A DNA stretch of 64,000 nt from Chloroflexota bacterium (GCA_023423795.1 JAFAEX010000136.1:451-64450); one strand, 5' to 3'. Shown: positions 19,766 to 29,089, numbered from the stretch's first letter. Notes: generated by a model not told the origin, from the letters alone. Translations and numbers: made by a program.

Positions 19766-21040
19766 GTGCGTTGGCGACTCCGCCCGCTGGAACTCGGGCT
19801 GCTGCTTTTCCCGGCGGTCTACGCGGCGGGCGCGGCGGCGATCCTCGGCGCAGAGTGGCCGTGGTGGGCCGTCGTTCCCGGCGCGGCGCTGGCCGCGAGC
19901 GTCGCGCTCGGCGTTGGGTTGGGGAGGGGCGACCGCGTGGTGCTGCCGATCGCGGCGATGCTGGCCGCGATCGGCACGGTAACCGTTGCCCGCCTGGAGC
20001 CGGCGCTGCTCGCCGACCCGATGGTGCCCGGCGCGCTGCTGCCCCGGCACCTCGTGTCGGTCGCCACCGGTTTCGCCGTGCTTGCGGGCGTGGCGGTGCT
20101 TGTCCGTCCCGATTGGATCAGGCGCTACACCTACACCTGGATGGCGCTGGCCGTCGCGCTCCTGCTCGCCGCGCTCGTCTTCGGGGAAGAGATCCGCGGG
20201 GCGCGGCTGTGGCTGCGGATCGGGCCGGTGCAGGTGCAGCCGTCGGAGATCATGCGGCTGGCGCTCGTCGTCTGGCTCGCCGGTTACCTCGACCGGCGGC
20301 GGGAACTCGTCGGCGCGGCGGCGGGAGTCGGGACGGCCGCCGCGCTGCCGTACCTGGCGCCCATCGGCGTGGTCGGGGCCGCGTCGGTGGCGGTCCTCGT
20401 GCTGCAGAACGACCTCGGGACCGCCCTGCTGCTGTTCGGGGTGGCGCTGGCCATGCTTTACGCCGCGACCGGGCGCGGGACCTACGTCGCGCTCGGGGCG
20501 GGAACGTTCGCCGTCGCGGCCTGGGTTGCCGGGTCCGCGGTTGGGCGACTCGCGATCCGCGCGCAGAACTGGTTCGACCCGTGGCGCGATCCGCTTGCCA
20601 GCGGCTACCAGCAAGTTCAGTCGGAGTACGCGCTGGCTGCGGGCGGGCTCTTCGGCGTCGGGCTGGGAAGGGGAATGCCGCAGGCAATCCCCGACGTGCA
20701 GACCGACTTCGTGCTGGCCGCCATCGGGGAGGAGCAGGGGTTCGTCGGCGTCGCCGTCGTGCTGGCGCTGCTCTTCCTGCTCGTGTGGCGCGCGGTCATC
20801 GTCGCGATGCGCGCGCCGGACGGGTTCGGCCGGCTGCTCGCGGTCGGGCTCGGCGCGGCCTTCGGCGTGCAGGCGCTGCTGATCGCCGGCGGCGTGCTGC
20901 GGCTGCTGCCGCTCACCGGGCTGACCGTGCCCTTCGTTTCCTACGGCGGCAGCGCGATGGTGACGAACATGGCGGCGGCCGGTCTCCTGCTGGCGGTTTC
21001 GCGGACATCCACTGGACGGACATCCGCGCGATCCCCGTAG
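19766..21040 (+). CDS. SEDS family peptidoglycan polymerase (FtsW/RodA/SpoVE)
   Basis: Polytopic membrane protein with [45 protein letters not shown] and [17 protein letters not shown]. Confidence 0.9.
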   Translation: MRWRLRPLELGLLLFPAVYAAGAAAILGAEWPWWAVVPGAALAASVALGVGLGRGDRVVLPIAAMLAAIGTVTVARLEPALLADPMVPGALLPRHLVSVATGFAVLAGVAVLVRPDWIRRYTYTWMALAVALLLAALVFGEEIRGARLWLRIGPVQVQPSEIMRLALVVWLAGYLDRRRELVGAAAGVGTAAALPYLAPIGVVGAASVAVLVLQNDLGTALLLFGVALAMLYAATGRGTYVALGAGTFAVAAWVAGSAVGRLAIRAQNWFDPWRDPLASGYQQVQSEYALAAGGLFGVGLGRGMPQAIPDVQTDFVLAAIGEEQGFVGVAVVLALLFLLVWRAVIVAMRAPDGFGRLLAVGLGAAFGVQALLIAGGVLRLLPLTGLTVPFVSYGGSAMVTNMAAAGLLLAVSRTSTGRTSARSP

Positions 21041-21120
21041 CGGATCGAACGCCGGCTTTGCCCGGTCAGGGTTGCTCCCGTACACTGCCGGAAGCCGGAT
21101 TCCGCGCGGGAGGTGCCGCC

Positions 21121-21873
21121 ATGGTCGAAAGCCCCAGCATCGCCGGGCGGACCGCGGCCCAAGGCCCCGGCGGTGGTTCGGACGAACCACGGCCCACGGT
21201 CGATATCCGCGTCGTCCTGTTCACCGTCGCCGAGGGCCGCCTGCTGGTCGCCCTGCGCCCGCGCGCGGACGGCGGCGCAGAGGTCCCGCGCGGTTTGCCG
21301 GGACCGGAGGCCGGGCTGGACGGCGAAGCCCACCGCATCGTCCTCGAAGGCGCGGGGCACGCCGATGGCCAGCCGTACCTCGAACAGCTCTACACGCTGA
21401 GCGTCGAAGGTAGCCCCGGGTGGACCATCATCGTGTCCTACCTCGGGCTGGCCGCGGGCGGGGCTGATGCCGAGGCCGGCTCCGGCCGCTGGTTCCCCGT
21501 CGATGATTTGCCGGCCCTCGATGGCGCCGACCGCATGGTGCTCGACTACGCCCTGGTTCGTCTGCGCGCCAAGATCGGCTACACCACCATCGCCTTCCAC
21601 CTGTTGCCGCCGACGTTCACCCTGCGCGAGTTGCAGGACACCTACGAAGCGATCCTCGGCCACGAACTCGACAAGCGGAACTTCCGGCGACGGGTCACCG
21701 CCGCCGGGTTCCTGGAAGCGACCGGCGAGAAGCGGCGCGACGGGAGCCACCGCCCGGCCGTCGTCTACCGGTTCCGGGCCGACCACGATCCCACGACCTA
21801 CCTGACGCCGACGTGGACCCACAATGGCGGCGGCGCGACCGGAGCGCGAGCAGCCGCAGCGGAGAACCCATGA
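21121..21873 (+). CDS. nrtR: NrtR-type regulator (degenerate Nudix domain plus C-terminal winged helix)
   Basis: Nudix-fold N-terminus with a degenerate Nudix box. C-terminus LVRLRAKIGYTTIAFHLLPPTFTLRELQDTYEAILGHELDKRNFRRRV is typical of the NrtR winged-helix domain. SD GGGAGG. ATGA overlap with nadK. Confidence 0.75.
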   Translation: MVESPSIAGRTAAQGPGGGSDEPRPTVDIRVVLFTVAEGRLLVALRPRADGGAEVPRGLPGPEAGLDGEAHRIVLEGAGHADGQPYLEQLYTLSVEGSPGWTIIVSYLGLAAGGADAEAGSGRWFPVDDLPALDGADRMVLDYALVRLRAKIGYTTIAFHLLPPTFTLRELQDTYEAILGHELDKRNFRRRVTAAGFLEATGEKRRDGSHRPAVVYRFRADHDPTTYLTPTWTHNGGGATGARAAAAENP

Positions 21874-22838
21874 GCATCGCCGAGGACACCTCGACCGGGT
21901 TGCGGGGCGCGCCGCGCGTGCGCCGGCACGCCGGCAACAACCCGCCCGTGCGACGAATCGGGCTGGTCGCCGCGCGCAGCAAGCAGGAGGCCCGCGACCT
22001 CGGCGTGGAACTCACCACCTGGGTCGAGCGGCAAGGGCTGGAGGTCGTGCAGGAAGACGACCTCGCGGCGGGCGGCGCGACCGGGGTGGATGCAGTGGTC
22101 GTCCTCGGCGGCGACGGCCTGATGATGCGGGCGGCCAACGTTTACCCCGACATCCCGCTGCTGGGCATCAATTTCGGCAACGTCGGGTTCCTCGCGCTGG
22201 TCGAGCAGCGTGATTGGCAGCGCGCCCTCGGTTCGCTGTTCGACGGTTCCTACACGGTCGAGGACGGGGCCACCATCGAGGCCTCGCTGGCGCGCAACGG
22301 CGAGACGCTGGACCAGGGCTGGGCGATCAACGACATCGTCGTGCGCGGCGGCGCCCGGATGATCGACCTCGAGCTCTACATCGACGGCCGCTACGTGAAT
22401 ACATATCCCGGCGACGGCATGATCGTCTCGACGCCCCACGGTTCGACCGCCTACTGCATGGCCGCCGGCGGCCCGATCCTCACCGCCGGGGTGTACGGCT
22501 TCGCGATCGTCCCGATCTCCTGCCATTCGCCGATCCGCACGCCGCTGGTCGTGTCGGAAGACGACGTGATCGAACTGCTGCTCGCCAACGACCGCGACGC
22601 CCAACTGGTCATGGACGGCCGCGAGACGATGGCCCTCGGGCAGGGGGATGTCGTCCGCATCTGCCGCGGCAAGCACCTGTTCCGGCTGGTGACCTTCGGC
22701 ACCACCAACTTCTACGAGGCGTTCCGCACCAAGTTCAATTTCCAGATCCGGCCGAACGCGGTGCCGTCGATGCCGCAGGGCCGCGACGGCCGTCGCACCA
22801 CCATGGATGACGCTGACGACGCGACGGCGGACGCCTGA
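21870..22838 (+). CDS. nadK: NAD kinase
   Basis: GGDGLMM motif, NFGNVGFL, and STPHGSTAYCMAAGGPIL. Confidence 0.92.
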   Translation: MSIAEDTSTGLRGAPRVRRHAGNNPPVRRIGLVAARSKQEARDLGVELTTWVERQGLEVVQEDDLAAGGATGVDAVVVLGGDGLMMRAANVYPDIPLLGINFGNVGFLALVEQRDWQRALGSLFDGSYTVEDGATIEASLARNGETLDQGWAINDIVVRGGARMIDLELYIDGRYVNTYPGDGMIVSTPHGSTAYCMAAGGPILTAGVYGFAIVPISCHSPIRTPLVVSEDDVIELLLANDRDAQLVMDGRETMALGQGDVVRICRGKHLFRLVTFGTTNFYEAFRTKFNFQIRPNAVPSMPQGRDGRRTTMDDADDATADA

Positions 22839-22841
22839 GCC

Positions 22842-23495
22842 GTGTCGCGACAGCAACCACCACGCAACCGGGCAACCGGCTCCCGCCCCAAGGCGCCAAA
22901 AATGCCCCAGCGTCATACCGTCATTGCCGCGATCATTGCCGGGCTCGTCACCTGCTCGATGGTCGCCGGATTGGTCGGCACCGTCTGGTTCGATCAGGCG
23001 CCACCGGCCCCGACCGCGCCGCTCTCTCCGGCCGAGGAGGGGACCGGATCGTTCCAGGCCGCGATGCGGACCGCCATCGCGGAGGACCCGAACGACGCCG
23101 TGGCGCTGGTTTCGCTGGCGAACCTGCTGGCGCTGGAAGGCAATTTCCCGGAAGCGATCGCCCTGTACGAGCGAGCGCTGGCGATCGACCCGGATAACGC
23201 CGCCACCCGGCGGTCGTTCGCGCTCGCGCTGGCCCAGTCTGGCAACCTCGCCGACGCCGAACTCCAGTACCTCCGGGTGCTCGAAGCGAACCCGAACGAC
23301 GCCGAGGCCCTCGTGTTCCTCGGTCAGGTCTACGAACGCTGGAGCCCGCCCCGGCTCGCGGACGCCGCGACCGCCTACGCCCGCGCCGTGAACGCCGAAC
23401 CGGGATCGATTTCCGCCGACGAGGCGGCCAAGGCGCTGGCGCGGCTCCCGGCCGACGTGCTCGCCGCGACCCCGGCGGCGACGCCGGAACCGTGA
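22842..23495 (+). CDS. TPR-repeat protein with an N-terminal TM anchor
   Basis: TM helix VIAAIIAGLVTCSMVAGLVGTVWF, then TPR-like repeats (ALVSLANLLALEGNFPEAIALYERALAIDPDN…). Confidence 0.75.
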   Translation: MSRQQPPRNRATGSRPKAPKMPQRHTVIAAIIAGLVTCSMVAGLVGTVWFDQAPPAPTAPLSPAEEGTGSFQAAMRTAIAEDPNDAVALVSLANLLALEGNFPEAIALYERALAIDPDNAATRRSFALALAQSGNLADAELQYLRVLEANPNDAEALVFLGQVYERWSPPRLADAATAYARAVNAEPGSISADEAAKALARLPADVLAATPAATPEP

Positions 23496-23504
23496 GCGGG
23501 GCCG

Positions 23505-23717
23505 ATGATGGCGCACCCGAAGGAGACCACCGTGTCGACTGACCAACCGGAAACACCGGCTTCGCAGACGATCGACGAGACCCTTTTGCGCATCCTGGTT
23601 TGCCCGGTCGATCGCGGCCAGTTGCGGGCTGAGGCAACCGAGCTGGTTTGCGCTACCTGCGGTCGCCGCTACCCGGTCGAGGACGGCATCCCGAACATGC
23701 TGGTAGATCCGGCGTGA
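23505..23717 (+). CDS. Trm112/YcaR-family small zinc-ribbon protein
   Basis: [14 protein letters not shown]…[22 protein letters not shown]. Confidence 0.8.
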   Translation: MMAHPKETTVSTDQPETPASQTIDETLLRILVCPVDRGQLRAEATELVCATCGRRYPVEDGIPNMLVDPA

Positions 23718-23720
23718 CGC

Positions 23721-23734
23721 CGAACGTTTGTTCG
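23721..23734 (+). promoter_or_regulatory. LexA (Cheo-type) box CGAACGTTTGTTCG in the ruvB promoter
   Basis: Perfect CGAAC-N4-GTTCG palindrome overlapping the -35/spacer region of the ruvB promoter. Confidence 0.6.
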
Positions 23735-23742
23735 GAGGCCGC

Positions 23743-23751
23743 TGCTATACT
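23743..23751 (+). promoter_or_regulatory. Extended -10 (TGCTATACT) for ruvB, 6 nt before the ATG
   Basis: TGCTATACT-tcaccc-ATG, which implies a leaderless transcript. Confidence 0.5.
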
Positions 23752-23757
23752 TCACCC

Positions 23758-24813
23758 ATGAACGAACGGGCGGCAGCCGAAGAACGCATGGTTGGGCCGG
23801 CGGCGAAACCGGAAGACGTGCCGCTGGAGCGCAGCCTGCGCCCGCGCCGCCTCGCAGAGTACATCGGGCAGGACCGCGTCAAGAACAGCCTTTCCATCTT
23901 CATCGAAGCGGCCAAGGGGCGCGAGGAACCGCTCGATCACGTGCTGCTCTACGGCCCGCCGGGGCTTGGAAAGACCACACTGGCCGCGATCATCGCCGCC
24001 GAGATGGGCGTCAACCTGCGCATCACCTCCGGCCCGGCCATCGAGCGGCAGGGCGACCTCGTCTCGATCCTGACCAACCTCAAGGCCGGCGACGTCCTCT
24101 TCATCGACGAAATCCACCGGCTCAACCGGGTGGTCGAGGAAGTCCTCTACTCGGCGATGGAGGACTTCGCGGTCGATATCGTGCTCGGCAAGGGACCGGC
24201 CGCGCGCACGATGCGGATCAATTTGCCGCGCTTCACGATGGTCGGCGCGACGACCCGGCTGGCGCTGCTCACTGGCCCGTTGCGCGACCGGTTCGGCTCC
24301 GTGCTGCGGCTCGATTTCTACGACCAGGACGCGATGGAGGAGATCGTCACCCGCTCGGCCGGCGTCCTCGGCGTGCCGATCTCGCCCGAGGGCGCGCAGG
24401 CCGTGGCGGCCCGGTCTCGGGGCACGCCGCGCGTGGCCAACCGCCTGCTGAAGCGCGTGCGCGACTACGCCGAAGTGCGCGGCGCCGGGGCGATAACCCC
24501 GGACCTGGCCGGCGAAGCGTTGTCCATGCTCGATGTCGATCCGCTCGGGCTGGACGACGTGGACCGGCGCATCCTGCGGGCGATCGTCGAGAAATTCGGC
24601 GGCGGCCCGGTCGGCATCGACACGCTGGCGGCGGCAATCAGCGAGGAAACCGATACGATCATGGACGTGTACGAGCCGTACCTGATCCAGCTCGGGTTCA
24701 TCCAGCGGACGCCTCGGGGCCGCATCGCCACCCGCGGCGCGTACGAGCACCTCGGGCTACCCGTCCCGGCAGCGGTGGCGAGCACCCAGCCGACGCTCTT
24801 CGGGAAGCCCTGA
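23758..24813 (+). CDS. ruvB: Holliday junction branch migration helicase RuvB
   Basis: [36 protein letters not shown], and [15 protein letters not shown]. Confidence 0.96.
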   Translation: MNERAAAEERMVGPAAKPEDVPLERSLRPRRLAEYIGQDRVKNSLSIFIEAAKGREEPLDHVLLYGPPGLGKTTLAAIIAAEMGVNLRITSGPAIERQGDLVSILTNLKAGDVLFIDEIHRLNRVVEEVLYSAMEDFAVDIVLGKGPAARTMRINLPRFTMVGATTRLALLTGPLRDRFGSVLRLDFYDQDAMEEIVTRSAGVLGVPISPEGAQAVAARSRGTPRVANRLLKRVRDYAEVRGAGAITPDLAGEALSMLDVDPLGLDDVDRRILRAIVEKFGGGPVGIDTLAAAISEETDTIMDVYEPYLIQLGFIQRTPRGRIATRGAYEHLGLPVPAAVASTQPTLFGKP

Positions 24814-24814
24814 C

Positions 24815-25906
24815 GTGGGGCAGGGGAACCCCGACGGGCGCGACTGGCTGGTATCCGACTTCGACTACGACCTGCCGCCGGACCGCATCGCGCAGGAGCC
24901 GCTGGCCGACCGCAGCGCCTCCCGCCTGATGATCGTGCGCGCCGGTGCGCGCGAGTTCCCGGAAACGACCGTCGGCGAAATCGGCGCGTGGCTGCGGCCC
25001 GGAGACCTGATGGTCGCCAACGACAGCCGCGTCATCCCGGCCCGGTTGTTCGCCCGTCGCGCCGGCACCGGCGGCCGGATCGAACTCCTGCTGCTGCGGC
25101 GGCGCGACGACGGAGCGTGGCTGGTGCTCGCCCGTCCGGCTCGCAAACTGCGCCCCGGCGCACTGCTCGACCTGCCGCCCCGCGAGGGCTCGAACGCGCC
25201 CGTCGCCACCATCGAGGTGATCGAGGTCGGCGCGGATGGCCACGTCGTCGTTGCCTTCACCGGCCCTGCCGATCCGGATCTCGCCGAGTACGGGATCACC
25301 CCGCTGCCGCCCTACATCACCGTGCCGCTCGATGACCCGGACCGGTACCAGACGGTCTACGCCCGGAACGCGGGTTCGGCCGCTGCGCCGACTGCGGGCC
25401 TGCACTTCACCCCGGACCTGATCGCCTCGCTGTGCCGCGCCGGGATCGGCTGGGCCGAGGTGACGCTCCACGTCGGCCTCGACACCTTCCGGCCGGTCAC
25501 GGTGGAGCGGGTGAGCGACCACGCGATCCACCGCGAGTGGTGCGAGGTTCCGGACGCCACGGCGGCCGCCATAGCGGCGACGAAACGCGCCGGTGGCCGC
25601 GTCCTTGCGGTCGGAACCACGGCGGCGCGGACGCTGGAAACCCTGGGCCGGCGCTGGAACCCCGACGCGCCCGCCGGGCTGGTGGCCGACACCGACATCT
25701 TCATCACGCCGGGGTATACGTGGCGGATCGTCGATGGTCTGCTCACCAATTTCCACCTGCCGCGCTCGACGCTGCTGATGATGGTCAGCGCGCTGGCCGG
25801 GGTGGAGACGATCCGGCTCGCCTATGCAGCGGCCGTCGCTCGCGGGTATCGTTTCTTTTCGTTCGGTGACGCGATGCTGATCCTGCCGGGAGACGACACG
25901 ACGTGA
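24815..25906 (+). CDS. queA: S-adenosylmethionine:tRNA ribosyltransferase-isomerase
   Basis: FDYDLPPDRIAQEP, PTAGLHFTP, and RFFSFGDAMLI. GTG start. Confidence 0.93.
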   Translation: MGQGNPDGRDWLVSDFDYDLPPDRIAQEPLADRSASRLMIVRAGAREFPETTVGEIGAWLRPGDLMVANDSRVIPARLFARRAGTGGRIELLLLRRRDDGAWLVLARPARKLRPGALLDLPPREGSNAPVATIEVIEVGADGHVVVAFTGPADPDLAEYGITPLPPYITVPLDDPDRYQTVYARNAGSAAAPTAGLHFTPDLIASLCRAGIGWAEVTLHVGLDTFRPVTVERVSDHAIHREWCEVPDATAAAIAATKRAGGRVLAVGTTAARTLETLGRRWNPDAPAGLVADTDIFITPGYTWRIVDGLLTNFHLPRSTLLMMVSALAGVETIRLAYAAAVARGYRFFSFGDAMLILPGDDTT

Positions 25907-26754
25907 CGCACACGAGGACACCGGGCGAACCCCGCGCTGGCCGCGCCCGGTTCGGGATGATGGCGAGCGGGCTGCTGTTGACGCTCGCGCTGGCCGGATG
26001 CGGCGGCGCACAGCCGGCCGCGCAAGCGCCGGAGGCCGAACCGACGATTGCGGCAACGGTCGGCGACACCGGCGCGACCGCCATCGCGTCGCCGCCCGCC
26101 GAACCGCCGCCGGCCGAACCCGCGGCGGCCGACTCACTTGGGGCTACGCCGGAGGCGGCGCTCGCCGCCTGCTGGCCCGATGGCGCGCAGGGCGCCACCG
26201 CGACCACCAACGACGGAGAAGGAGGAGACATGGCGCAGCAGTTTTCCGCCCCGCCGGAGATGAAGATCGACCCGGCCAAGACCTACACCGCCACCCTGAC
26301 CACCAACAAGGGCGACATCGAGGTCGAGTTCTTCCCCGGCGAGGCGCCGAAGACGGTCAACAACTTCGTCTGCCTCGCCGAGAAGGGCTACTACGACGGC
26401 ACGCCCTTCCACCGCATCGTCTCCGGCTTCGTCATCCAGGGCGGCGACCCGACGGGGACCGGCATGGGCGGCCCCGGCTACAAGTTCGAGGACGAGCCGG
26501 TTTCGCGCCGCTACACCAAGGGCATCCTGGCGATGGCCAACGCCGGGCCGAACACCAACGGCTCGCAGTTCTTCATCGTCACCGGGGCCGACGTCGGGCT
26601 GCCGCCGAACTACACCATCTTCGGGCAGGTGACCGGCGGCATGGACGTGGTGGACGCGCTGGCCAGCACCCCGACCCGGACCGGCCGCTCGGGCGAGAAG
26701 TCCGAGCCGACCGAAGCGGTCACGCTGGAGAAGGTCACGGTCAACGCGAGCTAG
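25903..26754 (+). CDS. Cyclophilin-type peptidyl-prolyl isomerase, lipoprotein
   Basis: Lipobox LTLALAGCGG, catalytic FHRIVSGFVIQGGDP, and NGSQFFIV. The start is the GTGA overlap at 25903 or ATG 25957. Confidence 0.9.
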   Translation: MTHTRTPGEPRAGRARFGMMASGLLLTLALAGCGGAQPAAQAPEAEPTIAATVGDTGATAIASPPAEPPPAEPAAADSLGATPEAALAACWPDGAQGATATTNDGEGGDMAQQFSAPPEMKIDPAKTYTATLTTNKGDIEVEFFPGEAPKTVNNFVCLAEKGYYDGTPFHRIVSGFVIQGGDPTGTGMGGPGYKFEDEPVSRRYTKGILAMANAGPNTNGSQFFIVTGADVGLPPNYTIFGQVTGGMDVVDALASTPTRTGRSGEKSEPTEAVTLEKVTVNAS

Positions 26755-26788
26755 TCGCAGCCGTTTCGATCCAAACAGAGCAGACGCG

Positions 26789-26823
26789 GGAAGCGGGAAG
26801 GCCAATTCGGCCTTCCCGCTTCC
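26789..26823. terminator. Bidirectional terminator between the PPIase gene and the 68-aa ORF (convergent)
   Basis: 15-bp stem GGAAGCGGGAAGGCC / GGCCTTCCCGCTTCC with a 5-nt loop. T-rich on the plus flank (ATTGTTGGGTTTTCC). Confidence 0.75.
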
Positions 26824-26846
26824 GCATTGTTGGGTTTTCCCGAAAC

Positions 26847-27053
26847 CTACGCGGCGAGGTCTTGCCGCTCGTCGCACAGGGTTTCGTATTCGCGCAGGAG
26901 GTCGATCCAGAACGCTTCCCAGCGCTCCACGTCCTCCCCGGCCAGCGCCGCGGCGTCGATCCGCTGCCAGCCGTCCTCGAGCCGCCGGGCGAGCACGTCG
27001 CGCCGGTCCTCGATCCGGGCCACCCGCGTGGCCAGGTCGCCGAACTCGTCCAT
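26847..27053 (-). CDS. Small acidic helical protein, unknown function (second gene of the SOS-box module)
   Basis: 68-aa ORF with high GC3 and SD GGAGGA 5 nt before the ATG. It lies 48 nt downstream of the 214-aa gene. Confidence 0.65.
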   Translation of the reverse strand: MDEFGDLATRVARIEDRRDVLARRLEDGWQRIDAAALAGEDVERWEAFWIDLLREYETLCDERQDLAA

Positions 27054-27101
27054 CGTCGTCCTCCACCGCGGCCCGCTTCGGCCGCGCGTTCGATCGCGCC
27101 G

Positions 27102-27746
27102 CTAGGACGCCAGTTCCGCGCCCTGCCGCCGCGCCTGCAGCCGCTCGATCAGCGCCGAGGCGTCGCGGCGGGTGATCTCCTCCAGCCGCACGCCGAAGAG
27201 GTGCTTGACCTCGTCGTCGATGTCGCTGGGGGAGAGGCCAGCCTCGCGGGCGATCGCCTGCACGAAGCGGATCTGGCGCTGGGTCGCCGGCTGGTTGAGC
27301 TGCGCCGCCGGCGCGGGCCGCTCGTGCTCGTCGATGTGGGTCACCGGGGCGAGCCGCCGGCCGCGGGTGGCGTTGAAGTCGATCGGGGCATCGACCACCT
27401 GTGGGCGGCGCGCCCCGGCGCCGAAGTCGAAGTCCGGGCAGAACTGGGTGCCGAACCCGAGCGCGGCCAGCGCGCGGCCGATCGCCTTGGTTTCGGCCTT
27501 CTCGATGTAGTCGCGGAAATCGTCCGGCCCTTCGCTGCCCCACCCGGTGGCGGAGCCGCCGCCGGGGACGGTCACGGTGGCGCGGAACACGGCCAGCGAC
27601 CCGTCGTGGCTGACCATCTCGGTCTCGATCGACGCGTCGGGGTGGGTCTCGCGCAGCCAGACCAGCCGCCACTTGACCTCGAGATAATCCGCCCCGCCCA
27701 CTTTGGTGAGGTAGCGGCTGGGCTCGAATGCTGCGTTGGCGGCCAT
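27102..27746 (-). CDS. Putative Rad52/Sak-like single-strand annealing domain protein with a C-terminal helical domain
   Basis: High-GC3 ORF with SD AGGAG. N-terminal domain YLEVKWRLVWLRETHPDASIETEMV…GWGSEG…DYIEKAETKAIGRALAALGFG, whose final helix resembles the …KRA..FGLG helix of Rad52/Sak/DdrA. The functional call comes from motif memory only. Confidence 0.4.
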   Translation of the reverse strand: MAANAAFEPSRYLTKVGGADYLEVKWRLVWLRETHPDASIETEMVSHDGSLAVFRATVTVPGGGSATGWGSEGPDDFRDYIEKAETKAIGRALAALGFGTQFCPDFDFGAGARRPQVVDAPIDFNATRGRRLAPVTHIDEHERPAPAAQLNQPATQRQIRFVQAIAREAGLSPSDIDDEVKHLFGVRLEEITRRDASALIERLQARRQGAELAS

Positions 27747-27761
27747 CGGACACTCCTGTTC

Positions 27762-27775
27762 AGAACGCTTGTTCT
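27762..27775. promoter_or_regulatory. LexA-type operator AGAACGCTTGTTCT (perfect GAAC-N4-GTTC) at about +1 of the minus-strand promoter
   Basis: The palindrome lies between the -10 (27784-27789) and the SD (27755-27759) of the 214-aa gene. Confidence 0.55.
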
Positions 27776-27783
27776 AGGATTGG

Positions 27784-27812
27784 ATTGTACCCGTTTAGAA
27801 CAAATGTGTCAA
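27784..27812 (-). promoter_or_regulatory. Near-consensus sigma-70-type promoter TTGACA-17 nt-TACAAT
   Basis: The minus strand reads TTGACA (27812-27807), the 17-nt spacer catttgttctaaacggg, then TACAAT (27789-27784). The spacer holds a GTTC half-site. Confidence 0.7.
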
Positions 27813-27883
27813 CAAGTCCACGGACCCCGGCAGTCGTGCGCGCAGCCGGCGAGGGGCGGGCACCGGGCCGGGCGAAACGGCCG

Positions 27884-27892
27884 TGCTATACT
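27884..27892 (+). promoter_or_regulatory. Extended -10 (TGCTATACT) upstream of dnaN
   Basis: TGCTATACT lies 43 nt upstream of the proposed GTG start. Confidence 0.45.
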
Positions 27893-27934
27893 GCGGCCAT
27901 CGGTGTACGGACACTATTGCGGGGGTTGGTGCCG

Positions 27935-29089
27935 GTGGACGTCGCGTGCACGCAGGAGCAGTTGCAGCGGGCCCTCGCGCTGGTGGCGCGGGCCGTGGCG
28001 ACGAAGACGTCGCTGCCGGTCCTGACCAACGTGCTGGTCGGCTCCGACGGCGAGCGGTTGCGGGTCGCCGCGACCAACCTCGAGATCGGGATCACCACCT
28101 GGATCGAGGCCGACGTTCGGGAATCCGGGCAGGTCTCGGTCGATGCCCGGCTCCTCGCCGACTTCGTCAACACGCTGCCCGCCGGCTCCGTCCGTCTGCG
28201 CTCCGAGCCGGGCAAGTACTCGCTGCAGGTGCAGTCGGGCGAGGGGAAGCACGCCACCAAAGCCGCCGTCAACGGCATCGACCCGGACGACTTTCCCGTC
28301 CTCGGCTCCGAAGCCGGCGGCGCGTTCGAGGCGGTCGTCGATCCGCAGGTCCTGCGCGAGATGATCACGCAGGTCGAGTTCGCCGCCGCGTCCGATGAGA
28401 GTCGCCCGGTGTTGGCCGGAGTGCTGGCCCGGTTCGAAGGCGATTCACTCACGCTGGCCTCCGCCGACGGGTTCCGGCTCGCGGTCCGCACCGGCCGGCT
28501 TGCCGAACCCGTGTCCGAGAAACTCGACGCCATCGTGCCGGCGCGCGGCATGCGCGAACTCGGCCGCATCCTCGGCGACCGGACCGATCCGGTGCGGCTG
28601 ACGATCACCCCGAACCGTTCGCAGTTGATGGTGCGGGTCGAGGACGCCGAGTTCCTGTCGCGCCTGATCGAAGGCACGTTCCCCGATTACCGGGCGATCG
28701 TCCCGCGCGAGTTCGGCACCACCGTCACCCTCGGCCGCGATGCGCTGCTGACCGCCGTGCGGCGCGCCTCGTTCTTCGCCCGCGACAACAACGACGTCGT
28801 GCGGCTGGTCGTCTCCGAGGGCGAGGGCGACGGCGAGATGGGTGCGGTCGAGGTCTCGGCGACCGCCGCCGAGCGGGGCAGCAGCCAGAGCTTCGTGGAC
28901 GCTAGCGTGCGCGGGCCGGAAACGCAGATCGCCTTCAACGCCCGCTACCTCGCCGACGTGCTGGGGGTGCTGCGCAACGGCAGCGTGATGCTCGGCATGA
29001 ACGGGTCGAACCAGGCCGGGGTCGTGCGCGCGGCGGACGCCGACGATTACGATCACGTCATCATGCCGATGGTCATCGGCGCGGCCTGA
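27935..29089 (+). CDS. dnaN: DNA polymerase III beta sliding clamp
   Basis: QEQLQRALALVARAVATKTSLPVLTNVLV…LRVAATNLEIGI… The start is GTG 27935 or TTG 27926; the longer ORF N-terminus is not clamp-like. Confidence 0.92.
   Translation: MDVACTQEQLQRALALVARAVATKTSLPVLTNVLVGSDGERLRVAATNLEIGITTWIEADVRESGQVSVDARLLADFVNTLPAGSVRLRSEPGKYSLQVQSGEGKHATKAAVNGIDPDDFPVLGSEAGGAFEAVVDPQVLREMITQVEFAAASDESRPVLAGVLARFEGDSLTLASADGFRLAVRTGRLAEPVSEKLDAIVPARGMRELGRILGDRTDPVRLTITPNRSQLMVRVEDAEFLSRLIEGTFPDYRAIVPREFGTTVTLGRDALLTAVRRASFFARDNNDVVRLVVSEGEGDGEMGAVEVSATAAERGSSQSFVDASVRGPETQIAFNARYLADVLGVLRNGSVMLGMNGSNQAGVVRAADADDYDHVIMPMVIGAA

Noticed and set aside
27747-27934. A possible oriC next to dnaN.
   Set aside because: There is no dnaA gene, no cluster of TTATCCACA-like boxes and no AT-rich unwinding element. 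The region is fully explained by two divergent promoters and the GAAC-N4-GTTC operator.
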